Shown here piece by piece: positions 15,694-24,833 of a stretch of 56,552 bases of DNA. This DNA comes from Chloroflexota bacterium (lineage in GTDB: Bacteria; Chloroflexota; Dehalococcoidia; Dehalococcoidales; RBG-16-60-22): contig JBDRGD010000005.1 in NCBI GenBank assembly GCA_043818095.1, positions 1-56,552 of the forward strand, written 5' to 3'. Within the stretch, counting starts at the first letter, position 1. Each line of letters opens with the position of its first letter. The notes beneath the pieces were generated by a model. It did not search any database, had not been told where the DNA came from, and worked only from the letters and a program-made list of their open reading frames with translations. Both the position numbers and the translations under genes were made by a program.

Positions 15694-16728
15694 CTATACC
15701 CGCGACCGCACGTATTGGCGGTAGAGATCCTGCGCCCGGTCGGCATCGAGGGTGTTGCGGATGATGGCCCGGCCGTCCGGGAAGACGGTGATTTCCACCT
15801 CGTCAACCTCGAAACGCAGCTGGTAATCGGTGGACTGCGTGTTGCGCGCTTCCCGGAGACCCGCCGCCAGCCCCGCCAGGTCCACCCTGCCCACCGTGGT
15901 GTCGACCACCTGGACCGCCCGGCTCTGCCCGCACAGCGGCGTGACGCGGGTGGTAAACCGCTTCTCCAGGAACTCGTATCTGCCGCCGCAGGTGGGGCAG
16001 TCCTCCCGGGGCGCGACCCGTATCCGCTCGAAGGTGTCCCGCCAGACGTCAAGGACGATGATGCTGCGGTTTAACTCCGCGGCGCCGACGAGTATCTTGA
16101 GCGCCTCGGTGGCCTGCAGCGCGCCGATGACCGCGGGCGCGGTGCCCACGACCCCGGCGGTCTCACAGGTGGGGGCATTCTCCGGGGCAGCGGTAATCGG
16201 GTGCAGGCAGCGGAAGCAGGGCGGCCTGCCGGGGACAACGGTCATCGTCATCCCGCTGGCCCCGATGGCGCCGCCGTAGACCCACGGTATTTTATGCTTC
16301 AGCGCCACGTCGTTCAGCAGGAAGCGGGTCTCCACGTTGTCCAGCCCGTCCAGGATGACGTCCGCCCCGGCGCAGAGCTTCTCCACATTGCTGAAATTGA
16401 CGTCGGCGACGATGCCTTCAACTTTAACCGTGCTGTTCACCCGGGCAAGATGGCGCGCCGCCGCGACGGCTTTGGGCAGGCCCTCGCGGATGTCCTCCTC
16501 GTCGAAGAGCACCTGCCGCGCGAGGTTATGGTATTCGATAAAGTCACGGTCGACGATGCTGACGTTGCCGACGCCGGCACGCACCAGGGCCCCGGCGATG
16601 TTTCCACCCAGCGCCCCGCAGCCGATAACCACGGCGCGGCTCCGCAGCAGCTTCGCCTGCCCCACCTCGCCGATGCCCGGGAAGATGGTCTGCCGGGAAT
16701 AGCGGTCTCTCAGATTACGGTCCAGCAT
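15694..16728 (-). CDS. ThiF/MoeB/HesA-family E1-like adenylyltransferase
   Basis: RYSRQTIFPGIGEVGQAKL, GCGALGG nucleotide loop, CxxC...CPTCG zinc site, and about 100 aa of C-terminal extension. Confidence 0.9.
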   Translation of the reverse strand: MLDRNLRDRYSRQTIFPGIGEVGQAKLLRSRAVVIGCGALGGNIAGALVRAGVGNVSIVDRDFIEYHNLARQVLFDEEDIREGLPKAVAAARHLARVNSTVKVEGIVADVNFSNVEKLCAGADVILDGLDNVETRFLLNDVALKHKIPWVYGGAIGASGMTMTVVPGRPPCFRCLHPITAAPENAPTCETAGVVGTAPAVIGALQATEALKILVGAAELNRSIIVLDVWRDTFERIRVAPREDCPTCGGRYEFLEKRFTTRVTPLCGQSRAVQVVDTTVGRVDLAGLAAGLREARNTQSTDYQLRFEVDEVEITVFPDGRAIIRNTLDADRAQDLYRQYVRSRV

Positions 16729-16759
16729 CGCGCTACCTTTTCGCGCCGCGGAAACGGCG

Positions 16760-17167
16760 TCAGATAATCAGTATCAGGGGGACGACCAGCGCAATGAGCC
16801 CGGTGAACACCACCACGAAGAGGAAAAGGTTGTAGCGCATGGCATAGTTGCTCAGCAGCGAGGGGTCGTAGTAGCCGGCAACGCCCTGGTCCTCGTACAT
16901 CTTCAGCAGCCCGTTGATGAGCTTTATCCGGGTCTGTTTCCCCTTCAGCAGGCCGACCTCGACGACGAAGCTGACCACGATGACGAGGGAAAGGAAGGTG
17001 AAGAACACCACCCACTGGGTAACGTCTTTACTGTTCCCCTGGGCCACCGCGGAGTTGACGCCCAGTGCCAGCAGGTTCAGCAGGATTGCCGCGACGATGA
17101 AGACCGTATCCGTGCGGGCATTCTGCTGCAGTTCCGTAATGATGTGTTCGTGGACACGCTGAATCAT
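16760..17167 (-). CDS. Hypothetical integral membrane protein
   Basis: 135 aa from ATG 17167 (GGGAGGAG RBS) with three predicted TM helices. The track's longer N-terminus is rejected. Confidence 0.5.
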   Translation of the reverse strand: MIQRVHEHIITELQQNARTDTVFIVAAILLNLLALGVNSAVAQGNSKDVTQWVVFFTFLSLVIVVSFVVEVGLLKGKQTRIKLINGLLKMYEDQGVAGYYDPSLLSNYAMRYNLFLFVVVFTGLIALVVPLILII

Positions 17168-17460
17168 AAATGTTCTCCTCCCGCTGCGGTTCAGCGGATT
17201 TTCACCCTTACCTTTGATGATAGCCCGGCAGCCTGCAGAATGCAAGGATTCGCCATCCCGGCATGTCCGGTTTTGGCTGTTTCTCAGGCTCTCCCCAGGC
17301 CACTGGATACCGACGAAACCGTCCCCCTCTCCGATTGACGCCCGGAAACGCATATGGTAAGATTGGGATGCTTCACCGACACATGATAGGGTTGGATTGA
17401 CTCGTTTTCCCCCCGTTTTTTATCTCGGGGATTTGTCATAAACTGGTTCAGGAGACAAGC

Positions 17461-18390
17461 GTGCTGCTTGAGGAGGAGCTCGCCCGGTTTTCACCTCGGC
17501 AGGAAACCCTGCTCACCATCGGCGTTTTTGACGGCGTTCACCTCGGGCACAAGCACCTGATTGCCCGGCTCATCAAGCAGGCCAGGAGTGAGCGCTGCCT
17601 CGCCGGGGTGGTCACCTTCCGCCAGCACCCCCAGGACTTCTTCAGTCCCGGCACCAGACTGCCCTTCCTGACCGACCTGACGGAGAGAACGGCGCTCCTC
17701 GAGGAAGCCGGCGTGGACCTGATTGTGCCCCTCTCTTTCAACGCCGAGCTTACCCGGCTGAGCGCCCGGGAGTTCCTCACCCGGCTGCAAAAACACCTGA
17801 AAATGCGCGGCCTCGTCCTCGGTCCGGATTTTGCCCTGGGGAAAGACCGGGAGGGGGACGTGACGGCGCTGCGGCGGCTGGGCGAGGAGATGGGCTTCAG
17901 CGTCAGCGCGGTAGCGCCGTTGACGGCCGGCGCCGACATCGTGAGCAGCACGGCCATCCGGGAGGCAATTATCATCGGGGACGTGGAGAAAGCGGAAAGA
18001 CTGATGGGGCGCCCCTTCAACCTGCACGGCACGGTGGTCAGCGGGACCCACCGTGGCCAGCAACTGGGCTTTCCCACGGCGAACCTGAAGTTGAACCACG
18101 AGCAGGCGCTCCCGACGGACGGCGTTTATGCCGGCTGGGCTTACGTCAACGACAAGCGTTATCCGGCGATGGCCAACATCGGCAAGAACCCCACCTTCAA
18201 CGGCAGGGTCCGGACGGCGGAGGTCCACCTGCTGGACTTTCACGGCGACCTCTACGGCAGCGAGCTGAAGGTGGACCTGGTGAAATACCTGCGCGGGGAA
18301 AAGAAGTTCGACACCGCCGAAGAACTGAAACAGCAGATTACGGATGATATCGTCATGGGGAGAGCGGCGCTGGGCTGCCGCACGGGATAA
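17461..18390 (+). CDS. ribF: Bifunctional riboflavin kinase / FMN adenylyltransferase
   Basis: GVFDGVHLGHKHL, then a C-terminal riboflavin kinase domain (GFPTANL...). Confidence 0.95.
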   Translation: MLLEEELARFSPRQETLLTIGVFDGVHLGHKHLIARLIKQARSERCLAGVVTFRQHPQDFFSPGTRLPFLTDLTERTALLEEAGVDLIVPLSFNAELTRLSAREFLTRLQKHLKMRGLVLGPDFALGKDREGDVTALRRLGEEMGFSVSAVAPLTAGADIVSSTAIREAIIIGDVEKAERLMGRPFNLHGTVVSGTHRGQQLGFPTANLKLNHEQALPTDGVYAGWAYVNDKRYPAMANIGKNPTFNGRVRTAEVHLLDFHGDLYGSELKVDLVKYLRGEKKFDTAEELKQQITDDIVMGRAALGCRTG

Positions 18391-18396
18391 CCGGCC

Positions 18397-19584
18397 ATGA
18401 GTAAGACAGAAAACAGTCAGGACATGGAATACCTGCTGCGCCGCGGCGTGGCGGAAATTATCGTTGCCGCGGAGATGCGGGAACTGCTGCGCTCGGGTAA
18501 AAAGCTGCGGCTGAAAGAAGGCTTCGACCCCAGTTTCCCGGATATCCACCTCGGGCACATAGTGGCGCTGCGGAAGCTCCGCCAGCTACAGGAGCTCGGG
18601 CACCAGGTCATCCTCATCGTCGGCGACTGGACGGCGCAGATCGGCGACCCCAGCGGGGCGTCCGTCACCCGCCCGATGCTCACCGCGGAGCAGGTGAAAA
18701 AGAACGCCGAGACCTACATGCAGCAGTTTTTCAAGGTGGTGGACAAGAGCCGCACGGAGGTCAAGTGGCAGAGCGAGTGGTTCGGCAATTTCAGCCTCGC
18801 GGATGTCATCCGCCTGACCAGCAAGTTCACCGTGGCGCAGCTCCTGGCACGGGACGACTTCAGTGCCCGCTACGCTGACAACCGCCCCATCGCCATTACC
18901 GAGCTGCTTTACCCCCTCCTCCAGGCTTACGATTCCATCATGGTGCAGTCGGACGTCGAGTTCGGCGGGACCGACCAGAAATTCAATCTCCTCATGGGAC
19001 GCGAGCTCCAGCAGATGTCCGGGCAGCGCCCGCAGCAGTGCTTCATGACTCCCCTGCTGGTGGGCACGGACGGCACCCATAAGATGAGCAAGAGCCTGGG
19101 GAACTACATCGGCGTGGCGGAGCCGCCGGAGCAGATTTACGGCAAGGTCATGTCCGTGCCGGACGACCTGATTATCCAGTACTTCGAGCTGGTGACCGAT
19201 GTCTCCGAGGCGGAACTGGATGAATTCAAAACGCAGCTCGACGGTGGCAAGGTCAACCCGATGGCCCTGAAAAAGCGCCTGGCGCGGGAAATCGTCGGGC
19301 AGCTTTACAGCGCCGGAGAGGCGACACAGGCGGAGGCCCATTTCGCGAAGGTGGTGCAGAATAAAGAGCTCCCGGAGGATATCCGGGAGTTCGAATGCCG
19401 GAACCTGCCCATCAGCCAGGTGCTGGTCAAAACGGGCCTGGTCTCCAGCCGCAGCGAGGCTTTCCGCATGATACAGCAGGGGGCTGTCAGTATTGAGGAA
19501 CAGAAGGTCACCGATGCCAACCTGCCCGTCCCCCCGGGTATCGTCATCAGGGTGGGGAAGAGGCGTTTTCTGAAATCCATGTAG
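18397..19584 (+). CDS. tyrS: Tyrosine--tRNA ligase
   Basis: HIGH-type motif (DIHLGH), KMSKS, C-terminal S4-like domain. Confidence 0.96.
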   Translation: MSKTENSQDMEYLLRRGVAEIIVAAEMRELLRSGKKLRLKEGFDPSFPDIHLGHIVALRKLRQLQELGHQVILIVGDWTAQIGDPSGASVTRPMLTAEQVKKNAETYMQQFFKVVDKSRTEVKWQSEWFGNFSLADVIRLTSKFTVAQLLARDDFSARYADNRPIAITELLYPLLQAYDSIMVQSDVEFGGTDQKFNLLMGRELQQMSGQRPQQCFMTPLLVGTDGTHKMSKSLGNYIGVAEPPEQIYGKVMSVPDDLIIQYFELVTDVSEAELDEFKTQLDGGKVNPMALKKRLAREIVGQLYSAGEATQAEAHFAKVVQNKELPEDIREFECRNLPISQVLVKTGLVSSRSEAFRMIQQGAVSIEEQKVTDANLPVPPGIVIRVGKRRFLKSM

Positions 19585-19631
19585 CACCGGGAGCGGTGCT
19601 GCTTTAGCAAAATAAAGTTAAGGAGTCGAGC

Positions 19632-20720
19632 ATGGCACAGTTGCGCATCCCCGGCCCCACCCCCTGTCCTGAGGAGGTCCTCAAGGCGGTGGGTAAACAG
19701 ATGGTAAACCACCGCGGTCCCGAGTTCATCGCCCTGATTAACAAGGTCACGGACCAGCTGAAGCAGGTCTTCAAGACCAAAAACGACCTCTTCGTCCTGA
19801 CCGGCTCGGGTACGGGTGGCCTTGAAGCGGGGGTGGTCAACGTGCTCTCCCCCGGCGACAAGGTCCTCTCCGTGTCCATCGGCGTCTTCGGTGACCGTTG
19901 GGCGCAGATTGCGCAGACCTTCGGCGCCCAGGTGGTGCCCCTGAAATACGAGATGGGCAAGGCCGCGAAACCTGATGATATCCGCCAGGCGCTAAAGGCG
20001 GACCCGCAGATAAAAGCCGTCCTGATAACCCATAACGAGACCTCCACCGGCGTCACCAATGACCTGAAAGCCCTCAGCGCCGCGGTCAAGGAGTCCGGCA
20101 AGCTGCTGCTGGTGGACGCCATCAGCAGCCTCGGTTCCATTGAGCTGCCGGTGGACGAGTGGCAGGTGGACGTTGCCATCAGCGGCTCCCAGAAGGGCTG
20201 GATGGTCCCGCCCGGCCTGGCTTTCGTCAGCGTCAGCCCCCGGGCGTGGCAGGCTTTCGAAAACGCGAAGATGCCGCGCTTTTACTGGGACTTCGGCAAG
20301 GCGAAGAAGTACCTGGAAAAGGGACAGACCCCCTGGACCCCCGCCGTCTCCGTGCTTTACGGCCTCGAGGTCGCCCTGGATATGATGTTCAAGGAAGGCC
20401 TGGAGAACATCGTCGCCCGCCACAAGCGCATCGGCAAGGTGGCGCGGGAAGGCGTCAAGGCGCTGGGGCTGCCGCTGCTGGCGGATGAAGCCTATGCCTC
20501 AAACACGGTGACCGCGGTGGCCGAAGTGGCGGGGCTGGAATCCAAGAAGCTCACCAAGGTGATGCGCGAGGAATACCAGATTGTCCTCGCCGGCGGTCAG
20601 GGCAAGCTGGAAGGCAAGATTTTCCGTATCGGGCATCTCGGCCTGGTTACCGAGCAGGAAATCGCTGAGGTGATGGCCGCCCTGAAGGAGGCTTTACCCA
20701 AGGCGGGATTCCAGGGATAA
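19632..20720 (+). CDS. Class V aminotransferase (serine-pyruvate / phosphoserine aminotransferase-like)
   Basis: 362 aa, SGSQKG PLP-lysine region. Sits directly upstream of serA, suggesting the phosphoserine aminotransferase role. Confidence 0.88.
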   Translation: MAQLRIPGPTPCPEEVLKAVGKQMVNHRGPEFIALINKVTDQLKQVFKTKNDLFVLTGSGTGGLEAGVVNVLSPGDKVLSVSIGVFGDRWAQIAQTFGAQVVPLKYEMGKAAKPDDIRQALKADPQIKAVLITHNETSTGVTNDLKALSAAVKESGKLLLVDAISSLGSIELPVDEWQVDVAISGSQKGWMVPPGLAFVSVSPRAWQAFENAKMPRFYWDFGKAKKYLEKGQTPWTPAVSVLYGLEVALDMMFKEGLENIVARHKRIGKVAREGVKALGLPLLADEAYASNTVTAVAEVAGLESKKLTKVMREEYQIVLAGGQGKLEGKIFRIGHLGLVTEQEIAEVMAALKEALPKAGFQG

Positions 20721-20754
20721 ATTCACGGTAAATACCGTGGAAAGCAGGTGTACG

Positions 20755-22329
20755 ATGAAGGTACTGGTAACGGACGCCATATCCGAAGAAGGACTGGCAC
20801 TATTGCGGGAACACGCCCAGGTGGACATCAAGACCGGGCTGAAACCCGAGGAGATTATCCAGATAATCGGCGACTATGAAGCGCTGATGGTGCGCAGCCA
20901 GACCAAGGTCACCGCCGACGTTATCCGGGCGGGGAAAAAGCTGATGGTGATTGCCCGGGCGGGAGTGGGTATCGACAACGTGGACCTGGAGACAGCCACG
21001 CAGCACGGCATTGCCGTGGTCAACGCCCCCACGGGAAACACCGTTTCCGCGGCGGAGCACTCCGTCGCCCTGATGATGGCGCTGGCCCGCCATATCCCCC
21101 AGGCGAACGCCTCCCTCAAGGCCTGCCAGTGGCGCCGCAACGATTTCATGGGGGCGGAGCTGCGGGGCAAGACGATGGGGATTATCGGACTGGGTAACGT
21201 CGGTTCGGCGGTGGCCCGGCGCGCCCAGGGACTGGAGATGAACGTCCTCGGCTTTGACCCCCTGGTCTCCGTGGACTACGCCGATAAGTTCCACGTGAAA
21301 CTGGTCTCCCTGGAAGACCTGCTCAAGCAGTCGGACTTCATTACCCTGCACATCCCCCTGAATGACAAGACACGGGGGCTGCTCGGGGAGAAACAACTCG
21401 CGCTGGTAAAGCCCACGGTGCGCATTATCAACTGCGCCCGCGGCGGCCTGATTAACGAGAAGGCGCTGGTCGCCGCCCTCCAGGAAAAGAGGGTGGCGGG
21501 CGTCGCGGTGGACGTTTTTGAGAAAGAGCCCTGCACGGAAAGCCCCCTTTTCGCCTTCGAAAACGTTATCGTCACCCCCCACCTCGGCGCCTCGACCGCC
21601 GAAGCCCAGGTCATGGCGGCAATAGACGTCGCCGAGCAGGTGGCGAGCATCTTCCAGGGTAAGCCGGCGCGCTATGCCCTCAATGCCCCCTTCATTGCCC
21701 CGGAGACCATGACAGCGCTGAGCCCGTTTATCGGGGTGGCGGCCGCCCTGGGTAAGCTCATCTACCGGCTGGCGGAGGGTCAGGCGGAAACCATCCGCAT
21801 CCGCTACGAGGGCGAAATCGGTAACTATGACACCAACGCCCTGAAGCTGACCGTGCTGGGCGGGCTGCTGGAGGGGACCAGTGAGGAAAGGGTGAACCTG
21901 GTCAACGCCAGCCTGATTGCCGCCCGCCGCGGCCTGGCGGTGGTGGAAGAGCGGGAAGGCTGCTGCGAGAACTACAACAGCCTGCTGACGGTCACGGTGA
22001 CCACCACCAAAGGGAAAACGACGACCGCCGGGACGGTGATGCACGGCGAGACCCACATCGTCCGGGTGAATGACTACTGGCTGGACCTTGTGCCCTCCGG
22101 GGGCTATTTCCTCTTCTCGGAACACGTGGACCAGCCGGGGCTCATCGGCAAGGTGGGACAGATTACGGGCGATGCCGATATCAACATCAGCGCCATGCAC
22201 CTGGGCCGATTGAAGCCGCGCGGGCAGGCGATGCTGGTGCTGGCACTGGACGAGCCACTGCCCGAAGAGCAGCAGCAGAAAATCCTGTCCCTGCCGGATG
22301 TTTACAGCGTCAAGCAGGTCAAGCTTTAG
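20755..22329 (+). CDS. serA: D-3-phosphoglycerate dehydrogenase with C-terminal ACT domain
   Basis: MKVLVTDAI..., GIIGLGNVG NAD loop, long form of about 525 aa. Confidence 0.95.
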   Translation: MKVLVTDAISEEGLALLREHAQVDIKTGLKPEEIIQIIGDYEALMVRSQTKVTADVIRAGKKLMVIARAGVGIDNVDLETATQHGIAVVNAPTGNTVSAAEHSVALMMALARHIPQANASLKACQWRRNDFMGAELRGKTMGIIGLGNVGSAVARRAQGLEMNVLGFDPLVSVDYADKFHVKLVSLEDLLKQSDFITLHIPLNDKTRGLLGEKQLALVKPTVRIINCARGGLINEKALVAALQEKRVAGVAVDVFEKEPCTESPLFAFENVIVTPHLGASTAEAQVMAAIDVAEQVASIFQGKPARYALNAPFIAPETMTALSPFIGVAAALGKLIYRLAEGQAETIRIRYEGEIGNYDTNALKLTVLGGLLEGTSEERVNLVNASLIAARRGLAVVEEREGCCENYNSLLTVTVTTTKGKTTTAGTVMHGETHIVRVNDYWLDLVPSGGYFLFSEHVDQPGLIGKVGQITGDADINISAMHLGRLKPRGQAMLVLALDEPLPEEQQQKILSLPDVYSVKQVKL

Positions 22330-22354
22330 CCGTCACACTCCGAAGGAGCATCCC

Positions 22355-22381
22355 AGAGGGGCTTGCGCCCCTCTTTTCTTT
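22355..22381 (+). terminator. Rho-independent terminator after serA
   Basis: AGAGGGGC-TTGC-GCCCCTCT (8-bp stem) followed by TTTTCTTTATT. Confidence 0.7.
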
Positions 22382-22429
22382 ATTCCAGGGGGTAAAGGTG
22401 TGGTTTGAGAGAATCGCGACGCGGGGGGC

Positions 22430-22458
22430 TTGAAAAATGACGTTTTCGGGTGTATAAT
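22430..22458 (+). promoter_or_regulatory. Near-consensus sigma70 promoter
   Basis: TTGAAA-17 nt-TATAAT (with TG at -15/-14), about 120 nt upstream of the Zn-ribbon gene. Confidence 0.65.
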
Positions 22459-22578
22459 GATTTGTGATAGTTACAGTTAAGGTTATTACAAGCTTCCAGG
22501 AATCCTGTTGGCACAGAACCGCCTCAAGTATTGGATGACCGGGCTCTAACTAGAATAACAGAGAGAGGAGGTCATCCG

Positions 22579-22881
22579 ATGGCATTCGAGGACAAGTCTA
22601 TCCAGTGCGCTGATTGTGGGGCGACGTTTACCTTTTCCGCGGAAGAGCAGGAGTTCTTCCAGTCCAAGGGTTACACCAATGAGCCCAAACGCTGCCCGCC
22701 ATGCCGCCAGACACGCAAGTCCGAGCGCTACGGAAGCGGCGGCGGCTACGGCAGCAGCCGCCAGATGTTCCCCGCGGTTTGTGCGGAATGCGGCAAAGAC
22801 ACGCAGGTCCCCTTCGAACCGCGCGGCGACAAACCGGTCTATTGCAGCGATTGCTACCGCAAGGTAAGGCCGGCGAGATAA
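22579..22881 (+). CDS. Zinc-ribbon protein with two CxxC-(n)-CxxC units
   Basis: MAFEDKSIQCADCGATFTFSAEEQEFFQSKGYTNEPKRCPPCR ... CAECGKDTQVPFEPRGDKPVYCSDCY. GAGAGGAGG RBS. Confidence 0.8.
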   Translation: MAFEDKSIQCADCGATFTFSAEEQEFFQSKGYTNEPKRCPPCRQTRKSERYGSGGGYGSSRQMFPAVCAECGKDTQVPFEPRGDKPVYCSDCYRKVRPAR

Positions 22882-22897
22882 ACCAAGTCTAATAGTG

Positions 22898-22930
22898 CAC
22901 GTCCGGGTCAGGGAAACCGACCCGGACGTG
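22898..22930 (+). other. Perfect 12-bp hairpin between the Zn-ribbon gene and rpsU
   Basis: CACGTCCGGGTC-9 nt loop-GACCCGGACGTG, with no following U-tract. Confidence 0.6.
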
Positions 22931-22949
22931 ACCCTGAAAGGGGTTAGTT

Positions 22950-23135
22950 TTGTCATTAGAAGTATCCATACGTGAAGGCGAATCACAGGAATCACTGCTG
23001 CACCGCTTCCAGAGAATGGTGCAGATGAGCGGCGTCCTGCGCGAGGCAAAATCCCACCGCAGGTTTGTTTCCAAGCGGGAAGCTGCCCGCATCAAGTCCA
23101 AGAACAGCGCCCGCAGAAGGCGTCGTCAGGACTGA
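22950..23135 (+). CDS. rpsU: 30S ribosomal protein S21
   Basis: 61 aa, TTG start. ...ESLLHRFQRMVQMSGVLREAKSHRRFVSKREAARIKSK, basic tail. Confidence 0.88.
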   Translation: MSLEVSIREGESQESLLHRFQRMVQMSGVLREAKSHRRFVSKREAARIKSKNSARRRRRQD

Positions 23136-23174
23136 TACCCCGGAAACAAGATTCGCATTAATGAGGAGGCAGTC

Positions 23175-23537
23175 ATGAGGATTTATGTAGGGAACCTGTC
23201 CTACGAAACGACCGAAGAGGAATTACGGGAAGAATTCGCCGCTTTTGGTGCCGTAGAATCCGTGGCAGTCCCCACGGACCGCTATAGCGGAAGGCCCCGG
23301 GGATTTGCCTTCGTCGAGATGCCCACCGTATCTGAGGGCCAGGCGGCCATCGCCGGCCTGAACGGAAAGACCCTCAGGGACCGGACGCTCACCGTGAACG
23401 CCGCCCGTGCCCGCGAAGACCGCGGTGGAGGCGGGTTCGGTGGTGGTGGTGGCGGTGGCGGCGGTGGCGGCAGGCGCGGCGGCGGCGGCTTCGGTGGTGG
23501 TGGCGGCGGCGGCGGCGGCAGACAGCGCCGCTATTAG
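23175..23537 (+). CDS. RRM-type RNA-binding protein with Gly/Arg-rich tail
   Basis: RNP2 IYVGNL, RNP1 RGFAFVEM. C-terminal GGGGFGGGGGGGGGGGRRGGGGFGGGG... is encoded by a (GGN)n tract. Confidence 0.95.
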   Translation: MRIYVGNLSYETTEEELREEFAAFGAVESVAVPTDRYSGRPRGFAFVEMPTVSEGQAAIAGLNGKTLRDRTLTVNAARAREDRGGGGFGGGGGGGGGGGRRGGGGFGGGGGGGGGRQRRY

Positions 23538-23686
23538 GAAATCGGCAACCGCGGGTGGCTCAGGCCACCCCCGCCGCTTTAAGGCCGTGCCCGTCCGGCG
23601 CGGCCGAAATCTTTAAACGCGCATATCACCACTGGAATCCTGAAACAACCGATGTCTAAGTTGTTCTGCCTGTTGGCCTGGACCTG

Positions 23687-24739
23687 TCAGGCTACATTCA
23701 CTTCCTGGCAGAGATAGACGTCCTGAACCGCGTTCAGCAGTTCTACGCCCTGCTTCATTGACCTCTGGAAAGCCTTCCGCCCGGAAATCAGCCCCATACC
23801 CCCCGCCCGCTTGTTGATGACCGCCGTGCGCACCGCCTCCGCCAGGTCGCCCTCGCCGGTGGATGCCCCGCCGGAATTAATCAGGCCGATGCGTCCCGCG
23901 TAGCAGTTGAGCACCTGGTAACGCGTCAGGTCGATGGGATGGTCCGTGCTGAGCCTGGTGTAAACCAGGTCGCTGGTCTTCCCGAACTTGAGGGCGGTGA
24001 AGCCGCCGTTGCAGTCCGGGAGTTTCTGCTTGACGATGTCCGCCTCGATGGTCACCGCCAGGTGGTTCGCCTGCCCGGTCAGGTCGGCGGCGGTGTGGTA
24101 GTCCTTTTCCTTGGTCTGAAAGGCATTGTTCCGCAGGTACGCCCAGAGCACCGTTACCATGCCCATCTCGTGGGCGTACTGGAAAGCCTCCGAGATTTCC
24201 TGAATCTGCCGGTTACTCTCCGCGGAGCCGTAATAGATGGTCGCCCCCACCCCAACTGCCCCCAGGTCAGCCGCCTGTTCAACACTGGCAAAGAGTATCT
24301 GGTCATGGGTGTTCGGGTAAGTGAGCAGCTCATTATGGTTCACCTTGACGATAAAGGGAATGCGGTGGGCGTATTTCCGCGAGACGATGCCAAGCACCCC
24401 CAGCGTGGAAGCCACGGCGTTGCAGCCGCCCTCGATGGCCAGCTTGACAATGTTCTCCGGGTCGAAGTAAATGGGATTCGGCGCGAAGGAAGCCCCGGCG
24501 CTGTGCTCGATGCCCTGGTCCACCGGCAGTATCGAGAGGTAGCCCGTTTTCGCCAGCCGCCCCTGGTCAAAGAGCGTTTGCAGGGAACGCAGCACGGCGA
24601 GACCGCGGTCGGAAGGGATAAATATCCGGTCGACGAAGTCCGGACCGGGCAGGTGGAGCTGCTCTTTAGGAAAAACGCAGTGATGTTGGAGAAGGTTGTC
24701 GGCTTCTTTGCCAAGCAGTTTCCTGATTTTATCCAGCAT
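23687..24739 (-). CDS. fbaB: Class I fructose-bisphosphate aldolase (DhnA/FbaB type)
   Basis: 350 aa, collinear with my recollection of E. coli FbaB ([12 protein letters not shown]..., [38 protein letters not shown]). Confidence 0.93.
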   Translation of the reverse strand: MLDKIRKLLGKEADNLLQHHCVFPKEQLHLPGPDFVDRIFIPSDRGLAVLRSLQTLFDQGRLAKTGYLSILPVDQGIEHSAGASFAPNPIYFDPENIVKLAIEGGCNAVASTLGVLGIVSRKYAHRIPFIVKVNHNELLTYPNTHDQILFASVEQAADLGAVGVGATIYYGSAESNRQIQEISEAFQYAHEMGMVTVLWAYLRNNAFQTKEKDYHTAADLTGQANHLAVTIEADIVKQKLPDCNGGFTALKFGKTSDLVYTRLSTDHPIDLTRYQVLNCYAGRIGLINSGGASTGEGDLAEAVRTAVINKRAGGMGLISGRKAFQRSMKQGVELLNAVQDVYLCQEVNVA

Positions 24740-24833
24740 GACGGACCCCCTGATGTTTTACTCGCGCCCGTTGCCACGGGCTCAGCCCGGGCGGACCGCT
24801 AGCGGCCATGCCCCGTCCGCCGGGGATATGCGT

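Noticed and set aside
17354-17460. Checked the leaders of ribF (17354-17460) and of the ThDP-enzyme gene (11671-11789) for FMN or TPP riboswitches.
   Set aside because: I could not recognise the conserved cores (for example the CUGAGA / ACCUGA elements of the TPP aptamer, or the FMN aptamer junction). ribF is not normally riboswitch-controlled.
23424-23525. (GGN)n microsatellite-like tract.
   Set aside because: It is the in-frame coding sequence of the Gly/Arg-rich C-terminal tail of the RRM protein, not a non-coding repeat.
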